59,127 nt of DNA, from NCBI GenBank assembly GCA_045644565.1, contig JAZRHF010000147.1:1-59127 (forward strand), given 5' to 3'. This document shows positions 1 to 9,336 of this stretch, one piece after another. The notes below the pieces were generated by a model that was not told where the DNA came from, made no database searches, and saw only the letters and a program-made list of their open reading frames with translations. Source of the DNA: Clostridia bacterium (lineage in GTDB: Bacteria; Bacillota; Clostridia; CAKSNL01; HGM11501). The translations under genes and the position numbers were made by a program. Within the stretch, counting starts at the first letter, position 1. Every line of letters begins with the position of its first letter.

Positions 1-765
1 ATCATGCTTTTTTACACGGGATTCAAAAAGAGGAACTTCCTTTTCTTTGAGGGCACAAAGAAGCATATACTTATTTTCAAAAGTATAGCCGCCCCTTACC
101 GACAAAATCGTAACTCCTCTGGGCGAATGACTTGTTAAATATCTGGCCATCTCTTCACCCTTTTCAGTTACCACAAAAGCCAGCTTTGAAACATTTAATT
201 TTTTTATAAGCCAGTCGATGGAAAATGTGGAAATAAACAGGGCAATTATGCCGTAAAGTGTCAGATTTATCTCTTTGAAAACAATCAGAGAAAGCCCGAT
301 AACACAGGCGTCCACCACTAAAAGGAGCTTGCCTATGGGCATATGGGGAATAAAATGCTGAAGTATTCTTCCCAAAATGTCAGTTCCTCCCGTGGATGCT
401 CCGCCCACAAAGGTAAGAGCAATACCGAATCCGTAAAGCACCGCGCCAGCCACCGAGGCGAGCAATATATCGTCGGTCAGGGGAGGCAAAAGGGCAAAAA
501 GCTCCACTATCACGGAAAGCACACCGGAACATATAACCGTTTTTATTATAAAGCTTTTACCTAAAATTTTTATTCCCAGAATAATTAAAATTCCGTTGAT
601 TACAGCAAAGGAATAACCTGCCGGAACGGAGAAAACATGGTACAAAATTGTCGATAAGCCCGACACTCCTCCCGATACAACCTTATTGGGAACATAGCAA
701 AGTGAAATCCCGGCAGAGGTCAACACAAGACCTGCCAGTATCAGCACCAATTCTCTTAATCTCAT
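1..765 (-). CDS. YitT-family membrane protein (DUF2179-type C-terminal domain); C-terminus cut by the window edge
   Basis: Own translation of the minus strand from ATG at 765-763: MRLRELVLILAGLVLTSAGISLCYVPNKVVSGGVSGLSTILYH...GGASTGGTDILGRIL...RGVTILSVRGGYT. The frame is open to base 1. It is absent from the ORF track because there is no stop inside the window. Confidence 0.7.
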   Translation of the reverse strand, partial: MRLRELVLILAGLVLTSAGISLCYVPNKVVSGGVSGLSTILYHVFSVPAGYSFAVINGILIILGIKILGKSFIIKTVICSGVLSVIVELFALLPPLTDDILLASVAGAVLYGFGIALTFVGGASTGGTDILGRILQHFIPHMPIGKLLLVVDACVIGLSLIVFKEINLTLYGIIALFISTFSIDWLIKKLNVSKLAFVVTEKGEEMARYLTSHSPRGVTILSVRGGYTFENKYMLLCALKEKEVPLFESRVKKHD

Positions 766-785
766 TTTCATCAAAGTCACTCTTT

Positions 786-820
786 CCAAAAAAATAAAAG
801 CGGCGGTTTAACACCGTCGC
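786..820 (-). terminator. Intrinsic terminator between the AEC-transporter unit and the yitT-like gene
   Basis: Hairpin gcggcggt-ttaac-accgtcgc (800-820, one G-U pair), followed on the minus strand by a T-run (plus-strand A-run 786-799). Confidence 0.55.
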
Positions 821-906
821 CTATTATAACATTTCGAGGAAAAATCTTCAATAGATTTAAAAATTTAAGTGTTTTTTAGTTTTTTTCTTAATTTTTACGC
901 TTATTT

Positions 907-1062
907 TTATTCCAAAGCCGTTTTTTCTTCCGCTTCCACAGAATTTTTTACGGCTTCCTCCTTAAGTTTTTGCTCCAAGAAAGGCAAATCCTTAACAGTA
1001 AACCAGACGATAAAAACGATATATGCAATCAGCGCAATTATTGCCATTATTCTTTTTTTCAC
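907..1062 (-). CDS. Unannotated 51-aa small membrane protein (hypothetical)
   Basis: GTG at 1062-1060 lies 5 nt after GAGGTGG (1074-1068). Translation: VKKRIMAIIALIAYIVFIVWFTVKDLPFLEQKLKEEAVKNSVEAEEKTALE, i.e. one hydrophobic helix plus a charged tail. It sits between the AEC transporter stop and the terminator at 786-820. It is below the ORF-track size cut-off. Confidence 0.35.
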   Translation of the reverse strand: MKKRIMAIIALIAYIVFIVWFTVKDLPFLEQKLKEEAVKNSVEAEEKTALE

Positions 1063-1072
1063 AAAGTCCACC

Positions 1073-2044
1073 TCATACCACAGGATTAATAAATCCGAAA
1101 TAGGTAAGCACCGTTACCCACAAAAATACAGTGATAACCGAAATCGCCGTTCCGAAAACCACAAGATGACCTGCCAGCTGCTCATCTGCCCCCATCTGCT
1201 GTGCCATTGTATAGCTGGACACTGCCGCAGGAGACGCATACATAGCAAGAAGTATGGCAAGTTCCCTGTCTCGGAAACCCATTAAAATTCCTGCCGTTAT
1301 AAATAAAAGCGGAGCAAGACAGAGCTTTGACAAAACGCCCCAGACTATGTATGAAGCATTCCCCTTTACCGTTGCAAAGTCAAGGGAAGCTCCAAGAGCA
1401 ATTAAAGCAAGAGGTGTGGCAATGGATGCCACCTGCTTGACCGAGCCATATAAAAGTCCCGGTACCAAAATTCCTGCCTGTTTCAGGAAAAGTCCCAAAA
1501 ATCCGCATACCGAGCCGATAATAAGGGGATTTTTTATAATGTTCATAACCATTTTTCTGACATTTGATTTCTTTCCCGAAAGTGCTTCGAGACAGAACAC
1601 CGCAAGCACATTGTAAACAGGCACCACAATGGCAACCATAACCGCCGCCTTTCCCGAAAGTGAGCCGTCTGCAAAAAGGCTTTCTGCCACAGGTACGCCG
1701 AAAATCAGGAAATTACTTCTGAAAATCCCTTGAATCAAAACCCCTCTGCTTTCCTCTTTTTTTACAAAAAAGCCTGTAAGTAAAAGCAACAAAAGGAAGC
1801 AGCAAATTACGCTTAAGACACTGTAAATTATCAGTTTTTTATCAAAAACCTTTGAAAATTCAGACTCATAAACGCTTTTGAAAATACTCACCGGAAGGAA
1901 TATATCAAAGATAAGCTTATTAAGTTTTTTCGCCGACGGAGCATCCAATATATTTACTTTTTTTACAAAAAAGCCAAGAGTAAGAAGTACAAAAATCGGA
2001 AACACCAATTTGAAAGATAAAATCAAGCTGTCCGTAAAAATCAC
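1073..2044 (-). CDS. AEC (auxin efflux carrier) family transporter
   Basis: 323-aa polytopic membrane ORF. The N-terminus LVFPIFVLLTLGFFVKK and the overall pattern are typical of AEC/malate-permease-like carriers. Confidence 0.75.
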   Translation of the reverse strand: MIFTDSLILSFKLVFPIFVLLTLGFFVKKVNILDAPSAKKLNKLIFDIFLPVSIFKSVYESEFSKVFDKKLIIYSVLSVICCFLLLLLLTGFFVKKEESRGVLIQGIFRSNFLIFGVPVAESLFADGSLSGKAAVMVAIVVPVYNVLAVFCLEALSGKKSNVRKMVMNIIKNPLIIGSVCGFLGLFLKQAGILVPGLLYGSVKQVASIATPLALIALGASLDFATVKGNASYIVWGVLSKLCLAPLLFITAGILMGFRDRELAILLAMYASPAAVSSYTMAQQMGADEQLAGHLVVFGTAISVITVFLWVTVLTYFGFINPVV

Positions 2045-2053
2045 TCCTTTTAT

Positions 2054-2088
2054 GAAAAAACAAGGTGAAAACTTAAGTTTCCACCTTG
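2054..2088 (-). terminator. Intrinsic terminator after the radical SAM gene
   Basis: Hairpin caaggtgaaaac-ttaa-gtttccaccttg (2061-2088, one mismatch), followed on the minus strand by TTTTTTC (2054-2060). Confidence 0.55.
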
Positions 2089-2121
2089 CAATTATAACAC
2101 ATAACTTACTTTTCCGTCAAG

Positions 2122-3120
2122 TCAGTCGTATATTTTCGTTTTCCACAGTCGGATGCCTGAGCCCTCTTCTCCGTCAAACACCGTTACAAGCCCACCCAGA
2201 TATCGCTCGATTTTATGAATATTACTCCGTCTGTTTCCGTAAAGCCGTGACTTATACTTTTCTTCGCACTTTATAGAAAGCTGATCGGGCTTATTTTCGT
2301 CAATGTATTTTATAACTCTATGCAATATCACTCTGCTTTGAGCCATCTCTCCGAATGCCGGGTGATAGGGTCCTGCTATATAGCCTTCCGTAAGACTGTC
2401 CGACGGCTGAAGACCTGTTCTTATAACCTTAATTCCTGCTTTTTCAAACTTGTCCGTAAGCAGTGCCGTAAGTTCAACAGCCTCCTCCAAGGTTGCAGGG
2501 ACATACTCTCCACTTTCGTACATATCCGAAAGGCAGGTATCTTTAAGTACCAGTGTGGGGTAAATCCTTACCTCGGAAGGCGCCATATCAATAAAGTCAA
2601 GGCAGGTTTTAATATCTTTTTCATTGTCTGACAAAGGAAGGTGCGTCATCATCTGAAGTCCCAACTTCATTCCGGCTTCCTTTATAAGACGACTCGCCCT
2701 TTTAATATCCTCTGCCGTGTGGCCACGCCTTGATGCCGAAAGAACATCATCGTCTGTTGACTGAGCGCCAAGCTCCACCGTAGTGACACCGAAGGACAAA
2801 AGATGCTCTATAATCTCCTCATTGATGTAATCAGGCCTTGTGGACAAACGGATTCCCGTTATTTTTTCCCCGTCCACAAACTTTTTTGCCGCACCTAAAA
2901 GTTCCTTCTGTTGCTCTAAGTCAATCCCCGTAAAGCTTCCTCCGAAAAAGGCAATTTCCGCCTCTCCCTTGATATACGAAAGCCATTCGGTAACAATTTT
3001 TTCCACATCGTTGCCGGTAACCGAGCCGCTTTGCCCCGTAATTCTTTTCTGATTACAAAAAACACAGCCGTTGGGGCACCCTCTGTGAGACACGAAAATC
3101 GGGATGTTCGCCTTACTCAT
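2122..3120 (-). CDS. Radical SAM protein (ELP3/MiaB/NifB-like, the type found downstream of rnc in Clostridia)
   Basis: CPNGCVFCNQ matches the CxxxCxxC cluster motif. Probable start is MSKANIPIF at 3120, overlapping the rnc stop by 8 nt. The ORF-track start at 3150 would extend further into rnc. Confidence 0.75.
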   Translation of the reverse strand: MSKANIPIFVSHRGCPNGCVFCNQKRITGQSGSVTGNDVEKIVTEWLSYIKGEAEIAFFGGSFTGIDLEQQKELLGAAKKFVDGEKITGIRLSTRPDYINEEIIEHLLSFGVTTVELGAQSTDDDVLSASRRGHTAEDIKRASRLIKEAGMKLGLQMMTHLPLSDNEKDIKTCLDFIDMAPSEVRIYPTLVLKDTCLSDMYESGEYVPATLEEAVELTALLTDKFEKAGIKVIRTGLQPSDSLTEGYIAGPYHPAFGEMAQSRVILHRVIKYIDENKPDQLSIKCEEKYKSRLYGNRRSNIHKIERYLGGLVTVFDGEEGSGIRLWKTKIYD

Positions 3121-3784
3121 ACATTGCCTCCAAAGCCGCCTTTGCCGCAAGCTGTTCCGCTTCCTTTTTGCTTCCCGCGCTTCCTTCTCCGATAACTTTT
3201 CCCCCGCTTAAAACCTCATAGAAAAATGTTTTCATATGGGCAGGTCCATCCTCTTTAACCAGACGATAAGTTATAGTCTCAAGAGCCCCGCTCTGAGCAA
3301 TTTCCTGAAGCTGGGTTTTATAGTCCTTAAAGGCCTTTCCCGAAACAGCCTTATCAATTACGGGCTTTACGTTTTTCATTATCCATTCCCTTGCCGCATC
3401 AATTCCCGAATCGAGAAAAATAGCCGCAATGGTAGCCTCAACAATATCGGCAAGAATAGAAATCCTGTTTCTTCCCCCTGTTGCTTCTTCGCCTTTGTTC
3501 AGAAACAAAAAATTCCCCATAGAAAGCCCGGACGCAACCTCATAAAGTGAACGCTCACAAACAGCTGCGGCTCTCACCTTCGTCAGTTCGCCCTCGGGCA
3601 TATCGGGAAAGTTTTCGTAAAGATATTCGCTTACTGCAAGCGACAAAATACTGTCGCCGAGAAACTCAAGACGTTCATAGCTTCTTACGCCAAACTCATT
3701 GGCGTAAGAACTATGAGTAAGAGCTTCTTTTGCAAGAAGCTCATTCTTAAAACTATATCCTACGGCTTTGTAAAAACCGTTCAT
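3113..3784 (-). CDS. rnc: Ribonuclease III
   Basis: RNase III signature ERLEFLGDS, a C-terminal dsRBD-like KDYKTQLQE...GSKKEAEQLAAKAAL, and a length of 223 aa. Confidence 0.9.
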   Translation of the reverse strand: MNGFYKAVGYSFKNELLAKEALTHSSYANEFGVRSYERLEFLGDSILSLAVSEYLYENFPDMPEGELTKVRAAAVCERSLYEVASGLSMGNFLFLNKGEEATGGRNRISILADIVEATIAAIFLDSGIDAAREWIMKNVKPVIDKAVSGKAFKDYKTQLQEIAQSGALETITYRLVKEDGPAHMKTFFYEVLSGGKVIGEGSAGSKKEAEQLAAKAALEAMYE

Positions 3785-3799
3785 ATTTTATCCCTCGTT

Positions 3800-4021
3800 T
3801 CAGGAGTTTTGTTTGATGTAGTCAAGAGCATCGCCTACAGTCTTGATGCTGTCTGCGTCTTCATCCTCAATTTCCATGTCAAACTCTTCTTCCATAGCCA
3901 TGATAAGCTCGATAAGGTCCATGGAATCTCCCAGATCCTTAAATGCGGTATCCTCTGTTATAGTTTCAGCATCAATACCGAACTGCTCTGCAATAATGTC
4001 TCTAATCTTTTCAAAATCCAT
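3800..4021 (-). CDS. acpP: Acyl carrier protein
   Basis: 73 aa and acidic, with the phosphopantetheine attachment motif [18 protein letters not shown]. It lies immediately upstream of rnc, as in many Firmicutes. Confidence 0.85.
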   Translation of the reverse strand: MDFEKIRDIIAEQFGIDAETITEDTAFKDLGDSMDLIELIMAMEEEFDMEIEDEDADSIKTVGDALDYIKQNS

Positions 4022-4133
4022 ATTCTTCTTCCTTTCGTTTTTTTAGATAGTATATGCTAAAATGCAGAAAAAATCAATAGGTTTTTTCAATAAATATACT
4101 TCAAATGTGTATTTTTTTGCATTTTTTCGTGTT

Positions 4134-4823
4134 TTACAGCCTGTTCATGAAGGCATCTTTAAGTTTTTCCACTGCTTTTTTCTCTATTCTCGACACATAG
4201 CTCCTGGATATATTAAGCTTCTTTGCAATTTTTCTTTGGGGTATTTCTTTGCCGTCATCAAGACCATAGCGCATTTCGATTATTATCCGCTCTCTTTCGT
4301 CCAGACAGCTTTTTATATTCTGATAAAGCTTTTTCACCTTCTGCTTTTTTTCTATGCTTTCCTCGATTTCCTCATCCTCCGACGGAATTATATCCATCAG
4401 AGTCACCTCGTTTCCTTCCTTGTCGCACCCTATGCTTTCAGACAGCGAAACCTCGGAGGGAAGGTGCTTTTTAGCTCTTAAAACCATCAGTATTTCGTTG
4501 TGGATGCATTTAGCCACATAGGTGGAAAGCCTGGTCTTTTTATCCGTCGTAAAGGTGTTTATCCCCTTTATAAGCCCTATTGTACCGATGGATAAAAGAT
4601 CATCTGCTTCGTCATGGTCACGGGCGTATTTTTTCACAATGTGGGCAACAAGTCTTAAATTGTGCTCAATAAGCTTATTTTTAGCCTCCTCATCCCCATC
4701 TTTTTCGTAGCGACTTAAAAGCTCCGCTTCCTCCTTTTCTGACAGAGGCTTTGGAAAATTACCGTTCTGAATGTGTCCCAAAAGAAAAATTTTCTGAAGC
4801 AAAGCAAAAAGAAATGCTAACAT
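4134..4823 (-). CDS. sigK: Sporulation sigma factor SigK (pro-sigma-K), uninterrupted
   Basis: NGNFPKPLSEKEE, LIEHNLRLVAHIVKKY and ISRSYVSRIEKKA match B. subtilis SigK rather than SigE. Preferred start is MLAFLFALLQ at 4823, which has GAAGGGG 5 nt upstream. The ORF track extends to 4862. Confidence 0.8.
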   Translation of the reverse strand: MLAFLFALLQKIFLLGHIQNGNFPKPLSEKEEAELLSRYEKDGDEEAKNKLIEHNLRLVAHIVKKYARDHDEADDLLSIGTIGLIKGINTFTTDKKTRLSTYVAKCIHNEILMVLRAKKHLPSEVSLSESIGCDKEGNEVTLMDIIPSEDEEIEESIEKKQKVKKLYQNIKSCLDERERIIIEMRYGLDDGKEIPQRKIAKKLNISRSYVSRIEKKAVEKLKDAFMNRL

Positions 4824-4945
4824 AAATACCCCTTCTACATATCGTTTTTTAATGATATGCAAAAGGGGTTGTACGCTATTACATTATTTATTTTTATTCA
4901 TCGAAGTAAGGCTTGCCCAATGGTTTTTCACCATCGGCACACCCA

Positions 4946-5839
4946 TCACTCTACCAGATCGGCATTATAAGTAAAAGGCTCTGCAAGGGTAATTCCGCCA
5001 AGCTTTTCTGCCTTTTCACCTTCAATAAAGAATTGAACAAAGGATATATCCGGCAAGCCGGTAAGTGTATTAACAATAGAATAAATACAAAGTTTAGCCG
5101 TATCTGCCGGCAGAGCCAAAAATTCCTTGGACAATGTGAGATAGCAAATTCCGTCCTTTGACTCAACCCTCTGCACCTTGATATCGGTAACAAGAAGCTT
5201 TGCCCCCTTCTTCTCAGGGCCTTTCAAAAGCTCTGTTACGGCGGTTTTTTCAACAGTTTCGTTATCCTTTACCTCAACCACTCTTCTTTCACTTACAAGG
5301 CTCTTTTTCTCCTCATCAGCAAAATAAAGTGAAAGCATTGTAGTCTGGTTTCTGCCTATCTCATCCGCCAGCACAACCTTATTCATGGATACAGAGCCCA
5401 CCTCTTCGTCCTTGGCTCCGTATTTTATACCCACTCCGTTAACCAATATCTTAACCTCGTTTATTCCTTCAATGGCACAAAGAGTGTTAACCACCGAATA
5501 TACGGCAAGCATTCTTTTTGCTCCGCTTTCAGTGCGCTCAAATTCCTGAGAAAAATTCACGGTCGCCGCATTTCCGTCAATTTTCACGCCTATCAAAGCG
5601 GTTCTTTCGGGAATTACACGCTCATGCTCCGGCTTGGAGGGTCCTTCAAGGAGTTTTTCAATCACTTGTCGTGCCTTGTTTTCCAGAGCTCCGTAATCTT
5701 CAATTTCCACATACTCTTCCGCAAAGCTTTTTCCGTCTGCAGAAGAAAAATAAACCGTATATCTGTCATCTTTGCCGGTGCAACCTGCAAGGGAAGCAAC
5801 AAAAATAAGGCAAAGCAAAAAAGCAATCAATCTTTTCAT
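4946..5839 (-). CDS. gerM: GerM-like lipoprotein (two GerMN domains)
   Basis: Lipobox LAGC after a signal peptide, followed by two repeated ~130-aa modules, each ending in a VYSIVNTL-type motif (AVYSVVNTLCAIEG / CIYSIVNTLTGLP). Confidence 0.7.
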   Translation of the reverse strand: MKRLIAFLLCLIFVASLAGCTGKDDRYTVYFSSADGKSFAEEYVEIEDYGALENKARQVIEKLLEGPSKPEHERVIPERTALIGVKIDGNAATVNFSQEFERTESGAKRMLAVYSVVNTLCAIEGINEVKILVNGVGIKYGAKDEEVGSVSMNKVVLADEIGRNQTTMLSLYFADEEKKSLVSERRVVEVKDNETVEKTAVTELLKGPEKKGAKLLVTDIKVQRVESKDGICYLTLSKEFLALPADTAKLCIYSIVNTLTGLPDISFVQFFIEGEKAEKLGGITLAEPFTYNADLVE

Positions 5840-5842
5840 ATC

Positions 5843-7303
5843 TTAAGCCAGGGGAAGGTATATTCTGAATACACTTCCTGCTCCTTCCTCGCTTTCTACA
5901 TCTATATGACCACCATGCATTTCCACAGCAGAAAGTGCAATGGAAAGTCCAAGGCCTGTTCCGCCTGTTTCTCTGGACCTTGCCTTGTCAACCCTGTAAA
6001 ATCTGTCAAAAATCTTACTTATCTCATCCTTCGATATACCGATACCCGTATCAGTTACCGTAATTATGGCATTATGGATATCTTTTTCAAGGAACACCTC
6101 AACCTTCCCTCCGTAGGGAGTATATTTAATGGCGTTGTCGGTAATGTTATATACCGCTTCCCATATTTTATTTTCTTCCATAAGCATAAATACATCGTTG
6201 TTTCCGTTAAAGTTAAGGTTTACGCCTCGCTGAATAGCTATTTTTGTAAGAGCCGAAATAACCCCTCTTACAACATCCTTAAGATTTCCCGTGACAAACT
6301 TCATACTGTTATTGTATCTTGCAGAATCCATTCTCGTAAGATCAAGAAGATCATTTATGATAGCGGTAAGCCTGTCTACCTCTTCATTCATATCGGAGAG
6401 AAATTCTCTCACCATTTCCTCAGGAGCCTCCGAGCCTGCCGCCAGAACAGAATCACAAATAAGCTTTATGGAGCTTAAAGGTGTCTTAAGCTCATGAGAT
6501 GCGTTGGATACAAAAGCCGTTCGCTTTTCTTCCTGGGACTCAAGTTCTGCAATAAGCTCATTAAAGCACTTTACAAGCTCTCCAACTTCTCCGTTTGCGG
6601 CAATGTCAATCTTCATCTTTCTTCCGCTGTTCTGTGCCTTGATCTTTTTAATAAGCTTCTCTATGGGCGATGTGAAAATACCGGCAAAAACAACGCTTAT
6701 TAAAATCGCAATTACAGAAAGAAGTAAAGTCAGCCAGTTCACACTGTATTCTGTTGTTTCAAGCATTACGCCAATTTCATCTGCGGAAGTTTCTATGTAC
6801 ACAACACCGTTGATATGACCGCTGTTTTTTATGGGAACAGAAGCCGCTGTCGTTATTCCGTCATCATTTTCAACCTTGTTGTAGGTACTTTCTCCGTAAA
6901 GTGCAGAAAGAATCATGGGACTTAAACGCACCTTACCCTCGGAATTGGTGTAAACATTTGTAGCATTATCGTAAATTACCATTGCATCGGAATTTGTAAC
7001 TATAATCCTGTTGTCGCTTCCAATGGCAAGGAGGGCAATATCCTCTTCCAGAGCCTTTCCTATTCCGCTTTCCGGAACATCTGCAATATCCGTTGCAATT
7101 ATGTTGATTTTAGTCATCAGGTTAACCTTGTTGTCATTATAAAGTGCCGATGACATTTCAGAAAGCACATATCCTCTTATTACTGCAACAGACAACAAAA
7201 TAACCGCAAGGTAAGTAAGTATAAGGCGAAACTTCAGGCTTCCCGTAACAGAAACAGCTCCATCGGAAAGTTTTTTCATCAAGGCAGACTTATCTCCCGC
7301 CAT
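5843..7303 (-). CDS. Sensor histidine kinase (TM - extracytoplasmic domain - TM - HAMP - HisKA - HATPase)
   Basis: H-box SHELKTPL, N-box DNAIKYT, G1 DTGIGI and G2 GGTGLGLSI. It starts 5 nt after the response regulator stop. Confidence 0.85.
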   Translation of the reverse strand: MAGDKSALMKKLSDGAVSVTGSLKFRLILTYLAVILLSVAVIRGYVLSEMSSALYNDNKVNLMTKINIIATDIADVPESGIGKALEEDIALLAIGSDNRIIVTNSDAMVIYDNATNVYTNSEGKVRLSPMILSALYGESTYNKVENDDGITTAASVPIKNSGHINGVVYIETSADEIGVMLETTEYSVNWLTLLLSVIAILISVVFAGIFTSPIEKLIKKIKAQNSGRKMKIDIAANGEVGELVKCFNELIAELESQEEKRTAFVSNASHELKTPLSSIKLICDSVLAAGSEAPEEMVREFLSDMNEEVDRLTAIINDLLDLTRMDSARYNNSMKFVTGNLKDVVRGVISALTKIAIQRGVNLNFNGNNDVFMLMEENKIWEAVYNITDNAIKYTPYGGKVEVFLEKDIHNAIITVTDTGIGISKDEISKIFDRFYRVDKARSRETGGTGLGLSIALSAVEMHGGHIDVESEEGAGSVFRIYLPLA

Positions 7304-7307
7304 TTCT

Positions 7308-7991
7308 TTAGTCCTCTTTAAAATAATAACCTACTCCCCACTTTGTAATTATATATACAGGATTTGCCGGATCAGGCTCTATCTTTTCTCTCAAACGTCT
7401 TATATGAACGTCAAGGGTTCTTATATCCGCAGGAGAATCATATCCCCAGATAATATCAAGAAGTGCTTCTCTTGTATAAACCTTTCCGGGATTTGTTATA
7501 AAAAGGTCAATAATTTCAAATTCCTTTGAAGTAAGCTCCACGGTTTTTCCGTTAACCGTTGCACGTCTCAAATTATAGTCCACCTTAAGACCGCCACGCA
7601 CAACGCTTGAGCTTGACTTCTTAACCTGATTCTGACCGCTTCTTCTTGTTATAGCCTTTACCCTGAGTTTAAGCTCCAATATATTAAAGGGCTTTGTAAG
7701 ATAGTCATCCGCTCCATATTCAAGACCCATTATTCTGTCCATATCATCAGTTTTCGCCGTAAGCATAATTATGGGCACATTGGAAAAATCCCTTATTATA
7801 CGGCACACTTCAAGACCGTCAATTTTAGGAAGCATAAGGTCAAGTATAATTATGTCTATAGACTTATCTCTGGCGAGTTTAACAGCCTCTTCTCCGTCAT
7901 AGGCCGTTTCCACATCATATCCGTCCTGCTCAAAGTTAAACTTCATTCCTTTTACCAGGAGTTTTTCGTCGTCAACTATAAGTATTTTCAT
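7308..7991 (-). CDS. OmpR/PhoB-family response regulator
   Basis: Receiver domain (MKILIVDDE...IIILDLMLP...TKPF) plus a winged-helix output domain (LDVHIRRLREKIE). Confidence 0.9.
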   Translation of the reverse strand: MKILIVDDEKLLVKGMKFNFEQDGYDVETAYDGEEAVKLARDKSIDIIILDLMLPKIDGLEVCRIIRDFSNVPIIMLTAKTDDMDRIMGLEYGADDYLTKPFNILELKLRVKAITRRSGQNQVKKSSSSVVRGGLKVDYNLRRATVNGKTVELTSKEFEIIDLFITNPGKVYTREALLDIIWGYDSPADIRTLDVHIRRLREKIEPDPANPVYIITKWGVGYYFKED

Positions 7992-8089
7992 TAAAACATC
8001 AGTTCCTTCCGTTTGCCTTTGGCAAACACAATATATTAATTATATAATATCACAAAACCCTTATAACTTCAATAGATTTTTAGAAAAAA

Positions 8090-8121
8090 ATATAAAAGAA
8101 AAGCGGTGCTGTGCACCGCTT
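8090..8121 (-). terminator. Intrinsic terminator after the YabE-like gene
   Basis: Hairpin gcggtgc-tgt-gcaccgc (8103-8119), followed on the minus strand by TTTTCTTTT. Confidence 0.6.
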
Positions 8122-8124
8122 TTC

Positions 8125-9336
8125 TCAGTCGCTCAAAACGTAAATATTACAGTTTCTTCTTCCGAACTGCATACACTCATCATATTCGTCGTAGAAAAGG
8201 TCCACACGATTACCCTTGATGAGTCCTCCGGTATCACCGGCAAGGCATACACCATAGCTCCATGAGCCGTCTGTAGCTTCAATATAAAGTCTTGTTCCGA
8301 GGGGAATAACCTTAGGATCAACCGCTACAACGCCTACTTTAGACTGAATACCGCTGGCAGTTTTGCCCTTATCGCAGTATGCAGTAGCCTTTGCCTTTAT
8401 AACCTTACTGTAAGCATATCCGTCAACAGTTCCCACGGGGGGAGCCGCATTCTGATCGTTTCTTCTTACATTCCAAACTCCGCATTCAACAACCTTGTTG
8501 ACAGCAGGAGTCACAACAGATTCCTCAGATTCATAACCAACAGCCACACCGTCATGGTATGTTATAACATTATGAATGAGCATTTCGCCATTGGAACCTT
8601 CTGTAACAACAACTTCTTCTCCGGGCTTGAGGCTCTTATTGATTCTGTATTCAACATCATAAGGAAGAGGTATATTCTGTGATTCTTCTTCCATGGAAAC
8701 TCTGGTAATCTTAATTTCTACGCCTTCATAAACTTCACTTGTCATGGGAGGCATTACAATGTCATTTTCTTCAACAGTAAGACCGGATAAAGCCACAGCC
8801 TCGGCAACAGTGCCTTCCGCAATCATAACGGGATATGTTCCGCAATCAGCATACACGTTTACTCCGTATGCATCCTTTACAACATAGGTTCCGCCGTCAA
8901 CCACAGCACCGGATTTTCCGGTTTCCATAAGAACAATTGCACCTGTTTCACCGGCAATAAAAGGATGCTCCTTTGCAAGCTCCCTTGTTGTTGTAGCTGT
9001 AGTTTCTACCGTAAACTGTGTTTCCCCTGCAAAAACATCAACCTTTTTCTTGGTGTAAATATCAACAGTAGTGTTGTTTAATACATTTGTTCCTTCTGCG
9101 GGAGATGTTACATCTCCTTCGGAAAGAACGAAACCACCTTCTTCAAGAATAGTTCCTACATTTGCAGTTTCTGCATAAAAAGTTTTTGCGATTATTCCGT
9201 CTACAGCAACATTTACCTGTATACTTCCTCTGTAAGCCAAACCATTGACAGAAGTTGCAGCCATCATTAATGTCATAACCAAAATTGCCATTCTGCCGCT
9301 AACGGCTTTAAGTGCCGTTTTCATTTTATTTAACAT
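8125..9336 (-). CDS. YabE/RpfB-like cell-wall protein (DUF348 repeats - G5 - 3D domain)
   Basis: N-terminal signal anchor and a C-terminal 3D-domain pattern ATAYC...GKTASG...VAVDPKVIPLGTRLYIE...GDTGGLIKGNRVDLFY. Preferred start is MLNKMKT at 9336 (AAAGGA 9 nt upstream). The ORF-track GTG is at 9360. Confidence 0.7.
   Translation of the reverse strand: MLNKMKTALKAVSGRMAILVMTLMMAATSVNGLAYRGSIQVNVAVDGIIAKTFYAETANVGTILEEGGFVLSEGDVTSPAEGTNVLNNTTVDIYTKKKVDVFAGETQFTVETTATTTRELAKEHPFIAGETGAIVLMETGKSGAVVDGGTYVVKDAYGVNVYADCGTYPVMIAEGTVAEAVALSGLTVEENDIVMPPMTSEVYEGVEIKITRVSMEEESQNIPLPYDVEYRINKSLKPGEEVVVTEGSNGEMLIHNVITYHDGVAVGYESEESVVTPAVNKVVECGVWNVRRNDQNAAPPVGTVDGYAYSKVIKAKATAYCDKGKTASGIQSKVGVVAVDPKVIPLGTRLYIEATDGSWSYGVCLAGDTGGLIKGNRVDLFYDEYDECMQFGRRNCNIYVLSD

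Noticed and set aside
5624-6478. A 284-aa plus-strand ORF, the longest unexplained ORF in the track.
   Set aside because: It lies entirely antisense to the well-supported gerM and histidine kinase genes. Its composition is low-complexity and Ser/Phe/Lys-rich, and it has no RBS. It is a typical shadow ORF.
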